A DNA stretch of 63,942 nt, the filler included, from Octopus bimaculoides (taxonomy: Eukaryota): assembly GCF_001194135.2 (NCBI RefSeq). It is 4 parts of 3 records of this genome, joined end to end, with 100 filler letters (N's around TTAATTAATTAA, not from the genome) between each part and the next. Parts side by side here need not be neighbours in the genome. Positions count along the whole stretch, not along the records: positions 1 to 19,528 come from NC_068981.1; 3 more parts are not named here. The stretch is one strand, 5' to 3'. The notes beneath the pieces were generated by a model. It had not been told where the DNA came from and searched no databases. It was given only the letters and a program-made list of their open reading frames with translations. A program made the translations under genes and the position numbers. The stretch's first letter is position 1; each line of letters starts with the position of its first letter. Below, piece after piece: positions 1 to 12,060 of the stretch.

Positions 1-479
1 TATATATATATATATATATATATATTGTTGCAAGATTTCCATTGAGTTTCAACCATCACTCTCAGAGTTTCCCATCTCAGGACTATGATCAACTACATCA
101 ACACGAAAGACATTAACGCCTACGCATATATGGCTTGAGTAGTCAGCACAGGCAGACATCTTATCATCGATGCAGTGAACTTTAAAGAAAATGTACAAGT
201 TTTCCTGCCAAATAGCTTGATAGCAGTTTCTAGAAAATTTGGCTTACATTTATAAAACGTTAGCCAATTTAACTTCAAACAAAAGTCATTCAGCATTCCA
301 TGCGAAACTGTATCACTTTATTCAATGAACTGTTCTCTCACACTTTCTCTTTTCCTCTCTAAATATGCTTTTGTTGAACTGTTATGTCAAATCACGTACA
401 TAGTGCTGATATACAAAAGTTTAACTCTTTTTACTTACTTGGTTTTCAATAACTAAGAACTACTTTGCTAATATCGCTT

Positions 480-579
480 AGCAGTCATTGGACAGTGGCC
501 ATGCTGGGACAATGCCTTGAAGGTTTTTAGTGGAAAAAATCGTTCCCACTTCTTATTTTAAGTCTGTAAGTATTCTATC

Positions 580-615
<36 letters not shown>

Positions 616-700
616 AACAGTTAAGTAGGAGTCAGCTAAGTTACAGGGACCAATTGTCAAGCAATGGTTGAGGATAGACAGTGCAACACACAAATACACA
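480..700 (-). mobile_element. SINE family B, 3' portion (degenerate)
   Basis: Matches the recurrent CAGTCAT..GGCCATGCTGG..TTCTATCG..GCTGAAC..TTGTCAAGC module seen at 6.6, 15.2, 39.7 and 52.9 kb; followed by a (CA)n tract. Confidence 0.7.
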
Positions 701-779
701 CACACATACACATTATGATGTATTATGTTTGTTGTTACATGAACGTTATTCCATTGAATTATTCATATGTACTCATGTA

Positions 780-1430
780 AATATAAATGATGCAGGTTCA
801 TAAAACATGTGGAAACACCATACAAATATATATCAAAGTTTAGACAAAATGAAAAAGTACTTATCATAAGAAAATAACCCATAAAACTGACTGAATTTAG
901 AATTCGGAAAGCCAAACAAGTTAACATCCAAGAATTCAAACAACCAAATCCCAAAACATACAAAAATGAAAAATACTATTCCTTATACTTCAACTTTTAA
1001 CTCAAGGAACACCAAAGTTTCCACCAACAACTGTCTATAAGTATCAGTATTATTACTTGGACCAAAAAATGAAGAACATCTTGGAAAAACATCTAATTAT
1101 AAAGGGCATGAGAAGTAAAACTACTAAAAACCACTAAAAAGGATATTGACCTATGCAAAGCTACATACATAGACAGTAGACCCTAAATAAGTATGTGTTA
1201 CCAACCAACCAACCTCTAAAGTATGTAACTACCCAAATTTTACTTCAAAATGAGCCCTCCTCCAAAATTAAAACAATCACTCCTGAAATTAGGATAACCT
1301 AATTTACATTATAACATGTAAAGGTTGCCAAGAATATTACATCAGACAGAATGACGGTACACAGCAATGGATCAACGAAGTAGCATATTTCATTAACAAA
1401 TACAAACCAGAACTCAATGCACTATACTTT
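780..1430 (+). mobile_element. Penelope-like element fragment (RT thumb to GIY-YIG endonuclease), decayed
   Basis: From 1302 reads IYIITCKGCQEYYIRQ (GIY-YIG-like), followed by YFINKYKPELN, the typical PLE C-terminus. Confidence 0.65.
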
Positions 1431-1523
1431 AGTTAACTCACAATACTGACTGTAGATGCATAACACCTTCCGACTGCTGAAATCAGTACAAAGTTTAGTA
1501 AATAATAACAAAGGAGTTATGAA

Positions 1524-1846
1524 TCTTACTATAATAGACGTTATGTCTGTCTGTCTGTCTGTTCCCTCTTCACGGTCAAACAGCTGGACAAATGGTCACA
1601 ATGTTTTTCGGGATTATGAGGGAGGTAATCAGGAAGGTTCTTAGTGGAAAAAATGTGAAAAAGTATGATTATTTAGTGGATATTGGGTTTTGTATTAATA
1701 AATCACCTTTGATTTTTTTTTTTTGTTAAAATTCCAGCAATGAGGATTAACTCTGGATTTCCCCCACCATATAGTTTGTGAATTTAGAGGGTTTAGATTT
1801 GTGATACTATCCTATTATTTCCCATCTTAGATGGGCAGATTTGCTA
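1524..1846 (+). mobile_element. Non-autonomous Helitron-like unit 1
   Basis: Starts A|TCTTACTATAAT followed by (GTCT)n; ends with hairpin CCCATC-tta-GATGGG (1821-1835) about 10 nt before the junction; homologous to the unit starting at 1847. Confidence 0.5.
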
Positions 1847-2950
1847 TCTTACTATAATGGGTGTTAGTGGAGGCGCAATGGCCCAATGGTTAGAGCAGCG
1901 GACTCGTGGTCATAAGATCGCGGTTTCGATTCCCAGACCGGGTGTTGTGAGTGTTTATTGAGCGAAAACACCTAAAGCTCCACGAGGCTCCGGCAGGGGA
2001 TGGTGGCAAACCCTGCTGTACTCTTTTACCACAACTTTATCTCACTCTTACTTCCTGTTTCTGTTGTGCCTGTAATTCAAAGGGTCAGCCTTGTCACACT
2101 GTGTCACGCTGAATATCCCCGAGAACTACGTTAAGGGTACACGTGCCTGTGGAGTGCTCAGCCACTTGCATGTTAATTTCACGAGCAGGCTGTTCCGTTG
2201 ATCAGATCAACTGGAACCCTCGACGTCGTAAGCGGCGGAGTGCCAACACACACACATAATGGGTGTTATGTCTGTCCGTCTCTTTGTCTGTTCCCTCTTC
2301 ACATCCAGATAGTTGGACTAATGGCTACAATATTTTTGGGGATTATAAAGTTGATTGTCAGGAAGGTTTTTAGCATTAAAAAATCAGAAAGTATGATTAT
2401 TTCATGGGTATCGATTTTTGAATTGATAAACCACCTTTGCATTTTTATTAAAAATTCACCATGAGCAGCTCTGGGATTTTCATTGCATAGTTCGTGGCCC
2501 CATCGTAGATTCAAAGGGGACATGAGGACGGTTAATAGCAAAAATAAATTGGAAAAAGTGTGTGTCAGTATATAGTGTGTGTGATTATTTGGTGGTTATT
2601 GAAGTGTGTCAATCTCAGGATTCAAAATGGCTAATCAAAGCAGCTGTTGTTTGCATCTCAGTTTTGTCAATCAAAATAACCCATGGTACCAGAACATCCA
2701 GACATTATTTGTATAGAACAGTGAGAGGTAAGTCTTTGTTTGATTTTTTGTAAACCTAAAGATTACACTCACACATTCACAGCAAACAAGGTACAGGGTC
2801 AGACTTTAGATGGTGTAGGTGTACTTTTACCCTCTCTGATGTTTACACATGGCCAGTTATACGTCACTGTGAGTAGACTGACAGACTCCAGTAATTTGCA
2901 AATTAGTGTCAACCAAACAGAAAACATCGTCTGCAAAGAAGTTTTGTAAT
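1847..2950 (+). mobile_element. Internally deleted Helitron-like element with PIF1-type helicase remnant
   Basis: Same TCTTACTATAAT 5' end as the 1524 unit; THGTR near 2680 (cf. CNGTR) and NKVQGQTLDGVGVLLPSLMFTHGQLYVTVSR (2780-2880), matching the PIF1/Helitron helicase C-terminal motifs. Confidence 0.7.
1867..2255 (+). mobile_element. Full-length tRNA-derived SINE (family C) with 13-bp TSD
   Basis: Box A TGGCCCAATGG, box B-like GGTTTCGATTCC, (CA)n tail; perfect direct repeat ATAATGGGTGTTA at 1854-1866 and 2256-2268. Confidence 0.9.
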
Positions 2951-4428
2951 CATATTGATATTATCGAAAGGAATATGATTCATGATTTAAATAAGGAAAT
3001 TTGTGATCTTTGTAAACAGCTAAAATAAAAGTATATCTAAACAACATGTTTTCTTAATACTTTTTATGTAGTGGATGAAGGAAGCTCTGGCTTTCGTTAG
3101 GAGTGGTCTGCATAACCATTCATGATACAGAGGCTGGGAGCCTATTTCAGTTCAGGAGTGAATCATCATCGTATATCACTTTGTTGCAAACACGTCATAT
3201 AGCTGCAGTAGAATGCTATATCATCAACAATAATGTGATTTCTCTAAGACATAGCCCAGTAATCTATCAAGTCCATTTACACATTTCTCAATACATTCTG
3301 CTGTTATGACTTCCCTCCCTCATTTTATGCCTCCGTCCAATAACTGCTCAGATTGGAAATGAACAGAAACATAGCTGTTAATATGTTTACACAAATGTCC
3401 TCCTTATGTATTACCTCTTGAATGTATGTAGGCTGATATTCCTTCTCTCCTTTATGTATAAGTGGAAGCATGTATGTACATCTATATGTTCTCTGAGTGT
3501 GTGTGTGTATGTAAGCTGAACATCAGTGTAAACCGAATCCTGGTCAGCCAAATGTAACTTTTAAAAACTTCGACTACAAAACCTGTTTTAATTGCAGCAC
3601 AAAAAAAAAAAAAAAAAAAAATGTATACAATAAAATTTTTTTCTATGCACGACTTGAAATAACATGTGATCCATTTTTTGTTCCTTCTTTCATTTTTACT
3701 TGTATTATATCTGTCAAACTTACCTTATAAATATGCACATCAAAATATATATATATATACTCAGTTAAACATGTATATGTAAACATTGTGTAAAAACGTA
3801 CTTTTTTATTTTCATTTTCATACATACAAATACATACAATATTACTCTTCATTCTTTATGTTAAAAAGTTAAATTTGTTTAAATTAAACAAAAAGCATAT
3901 ATAATTAAATAAAAATTTTATACATTTTCAAACTTTTCTCAGTGCTTTATATACATATANNNNNNNNNNNNNNNNNNNNNNNNNNNNNNNNNNNNNNNNN
4001 NNNNNNNNNNNNNNNNNNNNNNNNNNNNNNNNNNNNNNNNNNNNNNNNNNNNNNNNNNNNNNNNNNNNNNNNNNNNNNNNNNNNNNNNNNNNNNNNNNNN
4101 NNNNNNNNNNNNNNNNNNNNNNNNNNNNNNNNNNNNNNNNNNNNNNNNNNNNNNNNNNNNNNNNNNNNNNNNNNNNNNNNNNNNNNNNNNNNNNNNNNNN
4201 NNNNNNNNNNNNNNNNNNNNNNNNNNNNNNNNNNNNNNNNNNNNNNNNNNNNNNNNNNNNNNNNNNNNNNNNNNNNNNNNNNNNNNNNNNNNNNNNNNNN
4301 NNNNNNNNNNNNNNNNNNNNNNNNNNNNNNNNNNNNNNNNNNNNNNNNNNNNNNNNNNNNNNNNNNNNNNNNNNNNNNNNNNNNNNNNNNNNNNNNATAA
4401 GGGAAATTTCTATTCCCAAGAATATAAT

Positions 4429-4539
4429 TATTCGTTTATATTTATATAAAGGGCTAGGTACTAAATGTGGTCATTTTGAGAAGTCCACTGTGTGGCGTTA
4501 TTATTTTTCTGTTATAATGCCCTTTATATAAATATAAAC

Positions 4540-4544
<5 letters not shown>
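4429..4544. mobile_element. 116-bp MITE-like element with 26-bp perfect inverted repeats
   Basis: TATTCGTTTATATTTATATAAAGGGC (4429-4454) is the exact reverse complement of 4519-4544. Confidence 0.7.
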
Positions 4545-4576
<32 letters not shown>

Positions 4577-4577
<1 letters not shown>

Positions 4578-5430
4578 TAGCTGAGTTATGTGGTAATACC
4601 TGGAAAAGCGGGGGTTATTTACAGCTCCTGATCCCATTACATCGTTTCAGTTCTGTCCCATTCCCTGTTCAGTTCCGCTCCCATTCCTATCCCCAATCCT
4701 ATGTTCATATATAAATTTTAGAATCAGGTGTAATTAAGCCTTTAAATATTTTATTAACCTTTATGGTAATAGCTTATTGCTAAAAATAGATATTACAGAT
4801 TATTAATACGATTATTGGGTGAATAAGGTATGTCGTCGTCGTCGTTGTCGTCGTTTAACGTCCGCTTTCCATGCTAGCATGGGTTGGCCGATTTGACTGA
4901 GGACTGGTGAAACCAGATGGCTACACCAGGCTCCAATCTGATTTGGCAGAGTTTCTACAGCTGGATGCCCTTCCTAACGCCAACCACTCAGAGAGTGTAG
5001 TGGGTGCTTTTACGTGTCACCCGCACGAAGGCCAGTCAGGTGGTACTGGCAACGGCCACGCTCAAAATGGTGCATTTCATGTGCCACCCGCACAAGAGCC
5101 AGTCCAGGGGCACTGGCAACGATTTCGCTCGAAAGAAAAAAGAATGTCCCTATATTATTTTAAGAAATGAATATGCATCTAAGTAAAATAAATGAGTTGA
5201 CTGGGAAAGCGAGGGTTATTCTCAGTTCCCGTTTACCATTACACCGTTCCATGTCCTATCCTGTTTCTTGTTCAGTTCTCATCTTATTCAGTTATGCCCA
5301 ACCCATCGTTTATGGTAATAGTTTATTGCTAAAAATAGGTATTACAAACTATTAATTCGATTGGTAGGTGAATAAGGAATGTCCCTATATTATTCTAACA
5401 AATGAATATGCATCTGGGTAAAATAAATTA
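4577..5430. repeat. Two diverged tandem units (possibly a minus-strand Helitron-type end), first unit interrupted by an insertion
   Basis: GGAAAAGCG..GGGTTATT..TTTATGGTAATAG..TTATTGCTAAAAATAG..GGTGAATAAGG occurs at 4600-4830 and 5200-5380; CTAG next to (TA)n at 4577. Confidence 0.5.
4831..5130 (-). mobile_element. RTE-type LINE/SINE 3' end with (GAC)n tail
   Basis: Reverse complement ends GGAAAGCGGACGTTAAACGACGACGAC; carries the GGATGCCCTTCCTAACGCCAACC motif; near-identical to 10207-10372; contains an internal ~60-bp tandem duplication. Confidence 0.75.
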
Positions 5431-5948
5431 GATAAATAGATAGATTTACAAATACATTGACAAATAGTCTGTGTATTATAGCTGGCGTTGTTGCGTATCG
5501 TAATTTATCGTAGCGTGGCATGATAAAAATGATTAAGATGTTTTGGTTATTTGGATTTAATTCATCAAATTAATCTCATGGTGAAGCAACTTCCAGGTCA
5601 TTGGTCATTGCATTGTTCCATGTCCTATCCATGAATCCTGCAGGTGACTGTGTCCTTAATGTGACCTTAGTGTGTCGTACGGGTGCTACATGCAGAATTG
5701 TTTTCCTTTTGTAAAGCTGAGTTGTTCTCACAAAGGTCGCATGTTGTTTACATGAAGGAGTGCATGGCTGAGCCTTACAGAAGCCTTACTTAATTCATAT
5801 CAGTAGATGTGTTATTGATTTGTAAATATGTGCCACTGGATGTTAGTTTAATGTGTATGCAAAGTTGCATCAAGATTAGTTCATTGGTCTAGGCAGCAAG
5901 ATGGTAACAGACAGACTGAAATTGCTATTTATGTATAAGATATATATA

Positions 5949-6176
5949 CAGGGTTGACCAAAAGTCACCTAACAGTAAATCAAAACCATTTAATTCCAAA
6001 ATTTATGTTTAACAACTAAATGAATTTAATAAAAGCATTATAAAAATTTAATAAAACATCATGAAAATTGTCCAAACTGAAATCTTGCTTGAGCAACACA
6101 TTTTTCGAGTCAATACAGAATTACAGATAGTACTTATGGAATTTTGATTTACTGTTGGTTGACTTTTGGCCAACCT

Positions 6177-6178
<2 letters not shown>
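5949..6178. mobile_element. Tc1/mariner-type MITE
   Basis: ~38-bp imperfect TIRs (CAGGGTTGACCAAAAGTCACCTAACAGTAAATCAAAA versus reverse complement CAAGGTTGGCCAAAAGTCAACCAACAGTAAATCAAAA), TA on both sides. Confidence 0.85.
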
Positions 6179-6224
<46 letters not shown>

Positions 6225-6226
<2 letters not shown>

Positions 6227-6372
6227 TCTTCTTCCAGTTTCTGTCTACCAATCCACTCATAAGGCTTTGGTCAGCTTGAGGCTATAGTAGAAGACACTTC
6301 CCCAAGATGCCACACAGTGAGACTGAACCCGGAACAATGTGGTTGGGAAGCAAGCTTCTCACCACACAGCCA
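6225..6372 (-). mobile_element. SINE family B, tRNA-like head fragment
   Basis: Homologous to 15430-15590 and 52085-52265 (CTACCAAATCCACTCA..GGCTATAGTAGAAGACAC..ACCACACAGCCAC). Confidence 0.8.
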
Positions 6373-6559
6373 CAATGGTAACTTTCTGACCCGGTTATAT
6401 GCTATAACCACGAATATACTTCTTGGCAATATAAAAATATAACCTCTCAGATTCTCTTTTAGAGTGTACTTTTTCTTGACTTATGGACAACTGACCAATA
6501 ATATATGTACACACACACACACACACATATGTATGTGCGTGTGTTTGTGTGTATGTGTG

Positions 6560-6950
6560 TATTCTTTTATTCTTTTAATTGTTTCAGTCATCTGACTGCG
6601 GCCATGCTGGAGCACCACCATAAAGGGTTTTAGTCAAAGAAATCAATCCCAGAACTTATTCTTTGTAAGCCTAGTACTTATTCTATCATCTCTTTTGCTG
6701 AACAGGGACATATACACACCAGCATCAGTTGTCAAGTGATGGCGGGGGGGGGGGCATACACAGACACACGCACACATAAATATATACACACACNNNNNNN
6801 NNNCATACACAGACACACGCACACATAAATATATACACACACATATATATACAACAGGCTTCTTTCAGTTTCTGCCTACCAAATCCACTCATAAGGCTTT
6901 GCTCGACCCGAGGTTATAGCAGAAGACACATGTCCAAAGTACCACGTCAA
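6560..6950 (-). mobile_element. SINE family B, near full length with internal microsatellite
   Basis: Both family modules present, separated by a CA/TA tract. Confidence 0.8.
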
Positions 6951-8344
6951 CTTTGCCCATCTTCATTCTGGGATTGATAAGTAAGGTACCAATGACATCA
7001 CGGAATCAATTCTTCTCTTTCTTTCTCACTCTCTTTCTTTTTCCCTCTCTCACTCTTTCTTTTTCACTTTCTCTTTCTCTTTCTCTGATTTGTTTAGTAA
7101 ACAAGATAGATAAAAATTAGGAAAATTTGCAGATAAAAAAATTGGTCAAATGTCAAAAACTTCCAGTATTAGTAATAGTGTTGTTTATATTACAGTTGTT
7201 TGTGTATGCATATATATGTGTGTCTGTATGAGTGTGTGTGTGTGCATGCATGTGTGTGTTTATGTATGTTGGGGGCTCCACATGTGTGTGTGTATGTATG
7301 AGTGGATGTTCAATTTTAACAGTTAATTTCAACACATGTTCAAGTTAATGTGCATACACACACACAGAGATACACAGATACACACATGTTCTTATGTTGA
7401 TACACATGTACACCTATACTCAAGCTCATATGAAAAAAAGTGTGTGTGACGGGGTATACTGTTCATTGTCGAATCAGTAAAAAGAAGTATTCAATCCAGT
7501 GAAAATAGCTATCATTAAATGAACATAGAGGTTATATGTGAGCTACTTCAAGTTTCATGCTTGGATCGCGTAGTAATTCAATCGATTTTTATAGTGTATC
7601 ATGGAAATTGGTCAGGCTCAAACTTCATGGCTATTCTATAAAGCAAGGAAAGAAAAAAATTATGGGAAAATGTTAAGGGAAAGGGCAGGGCAAAGGTTAT
7701 AATTCTTTAATCTGTTAAATTAAAAATATTGTTAATATTGTGCTTACACCTGAAACCTAGTAGGAGGTTGTTGAATGGTAGAAAAGCTAAACTTCTCTAA
7801 GCTGTGTATCTAATCTGTGTATCTAATCTGGTAACTTTTTCATCTCGCATTTTGAAGGCTAGTGCAGTTCAATCTAATAAGGGCGTGTATTTTTTCAGCT
7901 ATATTAATGTATGCAGCTTGCTAGCTTTCTGGCTTCCTTTTTGTCTACGTGCTACTGATGATTGGCATATAGTTTTTTGAATTCTCTTTCACACAGTTTA
8001 ATATAAATTTTCTTTTGGCTCCCTTATTTAGCAGAACAGAGGTGACTTTGACTTTGAACAAGACTGAGCTAACTATGCATGCTTGATGTATGCATTTCCA
8101 CAAGTTTCTGTTATCGAACTGGAAGACACAACTCATCAGATTCAACATAATTTAACTCGCTTAAGTCTAGCTCCTGTTTGACTACTCCCACTAGGTGTAG
8201 TTATCATAGATGTAAACAATAATCAACAATAATGATAGTCTTTATTTAATCAGTTAAAGGGAAATAATTTTTGCCCTCTACTTAACATTTTCGTCTCGTT
8301 TTTCTTGAAATATTTTCTTGTTTTTCTCTTTCTTATGAACTCAC

Positions 8345-8419
8345 AGAGTATAACCATGTCATTTGGGCCTGAACAATTGCCAGATTGTGCATGATACGCT
8401 TCAAAGGCTCGTCTGATTA
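8345..8419 (-). other. Candidate 75-nt coding exon of an unidentified host gene
   Basis: Minus strand TAG|75 nt|GTGAGT; only the phase-1 frame is open (VIRRAFEAYHAQSGNCSGPNDMVIL); protein not recognised. Confidence 0.3.
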
Positions 8420-8597
8420 CTACACAATCCAAACATGTATGATAAAGAAAGCTAACATGTGATCTTATATACCAGAACATCATGGATACATTCAGGATTC
8501 AACTTAATTGCTTATTGTGGAAATATTTACTGCATGTATATCTTGGATTTTCAGCTGTAAAGACAAGTTAAACAATATTGTAATTTAATTACACTGT

Positions 8598-8745
8598 AAG
8601 GCAGTGAGTTGACAGAATCATTATCCTGCCGAGAAAAATGCTTATCGACATTTCTCCTGTCTTTATGTTCAGAGTTCAAATTCTACCAAGGTCGACTTTT
8701 CCTTTCATCTTTTTGGGGTCAATAAAAATATGTACCAGTGAAGCA
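8598..8745 (+). mobile_element. SINE family A copy (CpG-decayed)
   Basis: AAGGCAGTGAGTTGACAGAATCATT..GAGTTCAAATTC..GGGGTCAATAAAA; homologous to 54403 and 56797. Confidence 0.75.
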
Positions 8746-8794
8746 CAGAGGTTCAGATTTACACTTGGATTTACAGACCGTTTTCCATCCATTA

Positions 8795-10158
8795 CACTGA
8801 TCAACACATATTTTCCAACACAAGGTTTATCAACAGTTTTTACCTAATTTTGGGGTGCTGAATCCAAATCTGGCATCAGATTTCGCCTATCACATCAGAT
8901 TTTTGAGATATAAAATCTTTTAGGTTTGCTAGAAACAGCTATTTAATGCTCATAAAGGTAGAATCAAATATACGTAGATGCATTTTTGATAGACAATATG
9001 TCATTTTTTAAAAATCTAATAAATCAAATTACAAAGTCGTGGGAGTAAATGCACATTAGCATGTAAGAATTAAGCTTGGTGATAACAAAATCTGAATACA
9101 AAATCTTTATTCATTGTGGTCATTCATTCTGATCATTTCATTACTGCAAGAACTTCCTCTTTTTTGTCAATTTCTTGTGCACAGCTTCTGGAATGTCTCA
9201 CATCAAGCTCCAGCAGTAATCTGCCATCATGTTTGAGTTCCATCTGCCTTGGTAGCATTCTTCCATTACTTTTATGTCTTGATGAAAGTGTTCACCTTGT
9301 TCTTCACTAACATCACCCAAGTTCTCTGGAAACTTACCCAAGTGACTGTGTAGGTAGTGCAATTTAATGTTCATTCTACATCCAAATGCTTGCAAACTCA
9401 AGAGCAGTTCTTTCACAATCTCTTGATAATTGACAGTTTTCTTGTTTCCAAGGAAATCAGCACCACATCAAAGAAGGTGTTCCAAGCTCTAGCCTCAGCT
9501 GCTCTCATTGTTGTAACAAAATGTAGATTCCCTGAGGAATGTTCTTATTTGAGGTCAGTCAAATATTCCTGTCCTCTTCTTCTTGTCACTGAGACTTGGA
9601 AAGGTTGTACATATATATCTGAAGCAATCTCCACTGTGATCAAAAGCTTTGATGAATTGTTTCATTATACCAAGTTTCAACACAGGTTTTGCACCCAGGT
9701 TTTGTTCAGGTTTCCAAGTGCTACTTTAAAGTAAACAAGATACATCTTCTTGACAAAGTTATTAATGTTGTGCCTTTGAGCTTGTGGAGTAATGTTTCCA
9801 CAGATGTAACAGAAAATATTGAGGTCATTATAGCACGTCCTCCTTTTTGATGTTGTATCCTTAAGTAAATCATAGTGGTTTAGTTCACACCTGAAAAGAA
9901 GAGAAATGGTTTTAAAGCAAAACTCGGCTTGAACATATTATTCAAAATTAGCATGACAAACCAGCCAAAATCCTCACAAAAAGTAGTGTAAAGTAAACTT
10001 TTGCTATGCACCAGGTAAATAAAGGTATATACCGGTAGCACAAAAATGTAATGTGATGGAGCAAATCTGAAGTCAGTTTTGGAATCTGCACACAAAAATT
10101 AGTCTAAAACAGCTCTAAGATTTTATGCCAGAGAATAAAAGTTTTATTTTGACCAGTG
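8795..10158 (-). mobile_element. Chapaev3-like (CMC) DNA transposon, internally deleted
   Basis: Imperfect termini CACTGATCAAC / CACTGGTCAAA; N-terminal RTCYNDLNIFCYICG (~9790-9840); C-terminal LHYLHSHLGKFPENLGDVSEEQGEHFHQDI..YQGRW..MMADYCW (9198-9416); frameshifts and stops between. Confidence 0.75.
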
Positions 10159-10206
10159 GATAGAAAAGAATTTTGGTCTGCATGTGTTTGAATCATTTCT
10201 TACTTT

Positions 10207-10372
10207 CTTCATCATCATCATCATCATCATCGTTTAACGTCCGCTTTCCATGCTAGCATGGGTTGGACGATTTGACTGAGGACTGGTGCAACCAGATGGC
10301 TACACCAGGCTCCAATCTAATTTGGCAGAGTTTCTACAGCTGGATGCCCTTCCTAACGCCAACCACTCAGAA
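10207..10372 (-). mobile_element. RTE-type 3' end with (GAT)n tail
   Basis: Near-identical to 4850-4990. Confidence 0.75.
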
Positions 10373-11859
10373 GGGAAGCATATGTTCTTTAACAATTTCA
10401 TTTTCTATGAAAACATCTTTTCCTTTTTTTTTTTTTTTGTGAAGGGAAACACTTTCATCTTCATATTCACTTTCATAACAGTAAGACAAGGAAAATATTC
10501 AAATTTATTGTTATCATTGTCTTTTGACATTACAGCCATTTTTTTTTTTTTACTATGCATTTTGTTCTCACTTAACATATAAACAGCATTCACAATGGAA
10601 CAAAATAGATGACTTAAAACAACAAGAAAAAGAATGCTATGTTACCTGCAAAGAATGAGAAATGAACCAACAAGGGAAAAGTTTAAGACTAAGCTAATGG
10701 TTAAAAAGAACCAGCTGAACTGAGCACAAACGTGTAAGCATGTGTGTGTGTGTGCATGCATGCGTGCATGCACGTGCATGTGTCTGGATGCATATGTATA
10801 CATAAATACTTATGTGTGGACATACAGGTGGTAGAGGAAGGTAGGATAACTGGAACAAATTTCACAAGAGTGCATGCTTTTTTCTTTTTAGAACACTGTT
10901 AAATTTATAAATGTATTACATAAGAGGTAGATAAATCTACTACACAGGCATCCTTGTGTACAACAAACTCAACAAACACGTTCAGAGAGATTCCTGAGAA
11001 AAGGGACTTTTTTTTTACCCAAGCCTAAACGTTGAACTTGCACAGTAAGGCAAACTGGAACATACAATGAGGCATGTTGGAACACCAGTAATTGTAGGAT
11101 AATTCAAGAATTACATTGGCATCATTTAAATTTTCAGTTCCAATCATGTATTTTAATAGAGTAACTTCAAATAAGATTGACTGTCACTTTGGTTTGTTGC
11201 CTTTAAATAGAGTTTATTGATCCATACCATGTCCTTGCATTTATTTTAACTTATAGGCTGATAGTTCAAGAGGAAATACAAGTTTCTGCTGTCGACATTT
11301 TGTTCTCCTATTGTTGTACGGAGTAAGCAAAATGAATACCATCTCATCCCATTCATGTGTGCATATTTCAGAATCTTTTGCAATCCTGAATTTGAGTTGC
11401 ACAAAACTTCTGATCAGAATATGTTTTGTGGTTTATTCTATTAACTTCGTTTATTTTAGTAACTACAGCAACATTATAGTGCATCTTTTTCTTCTCTGCA
11501 AAACACACAAGAACATAATCTCTTGTGCCTACATTTGATAAGTTTGTAGCATGGTTATGACAAAGACTTATTGTTAGTGTATATACATCATTTATTGCTA
11601 CATTATTACAAGGCTCCATGTCATACAAGCAGAGTCAATCTTAAATGAATATTGTGTTTTACAGGTGCCAAAGATCTTCCATAGATAATTGATAATTAGC
11701 TGATTTTTCACATCAATTGCTTCAGTTATGTATAGCTGCATTGCTTCTTCATCCATTTCCAGGTTGAGTATAAAGTTGTGAAAACAGCTTTCAGGATAAT
11801 CGTGCTAGTTTGAGTATGAAGTCATGTTGTGTTTTTGATTTAGTTAGATTAGCTGTAAC

Positions 11860-12060
11860 TGTAATTTGGGTGAAATTACTCGTGATAGAATAGAATAATT
11901 CAATATTGTTTTGATTTAGGATTTTATGGAAGTGTTTGTCTAATAATACTAAGAACAACTCTTTGGCAATGAGGGTTTGCATTTGCATGTTATAAGGTAG
12001 ATTATATCAATCTATATTTCTTTCCTGGTGTTTTGTAGGGTAAAGGGATGTGTTTGTGCT
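11860..12060 (-). mobile_element. Penelope-like fragment
   Basis: LIAKELFLVLLDKHFHKILNQNNIELFYS resembles the PLE region between RT and GIY-YIG (NIGKKFL..IDKHF..HKIFN.NT.KLSYS). Confidence 0.6.
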
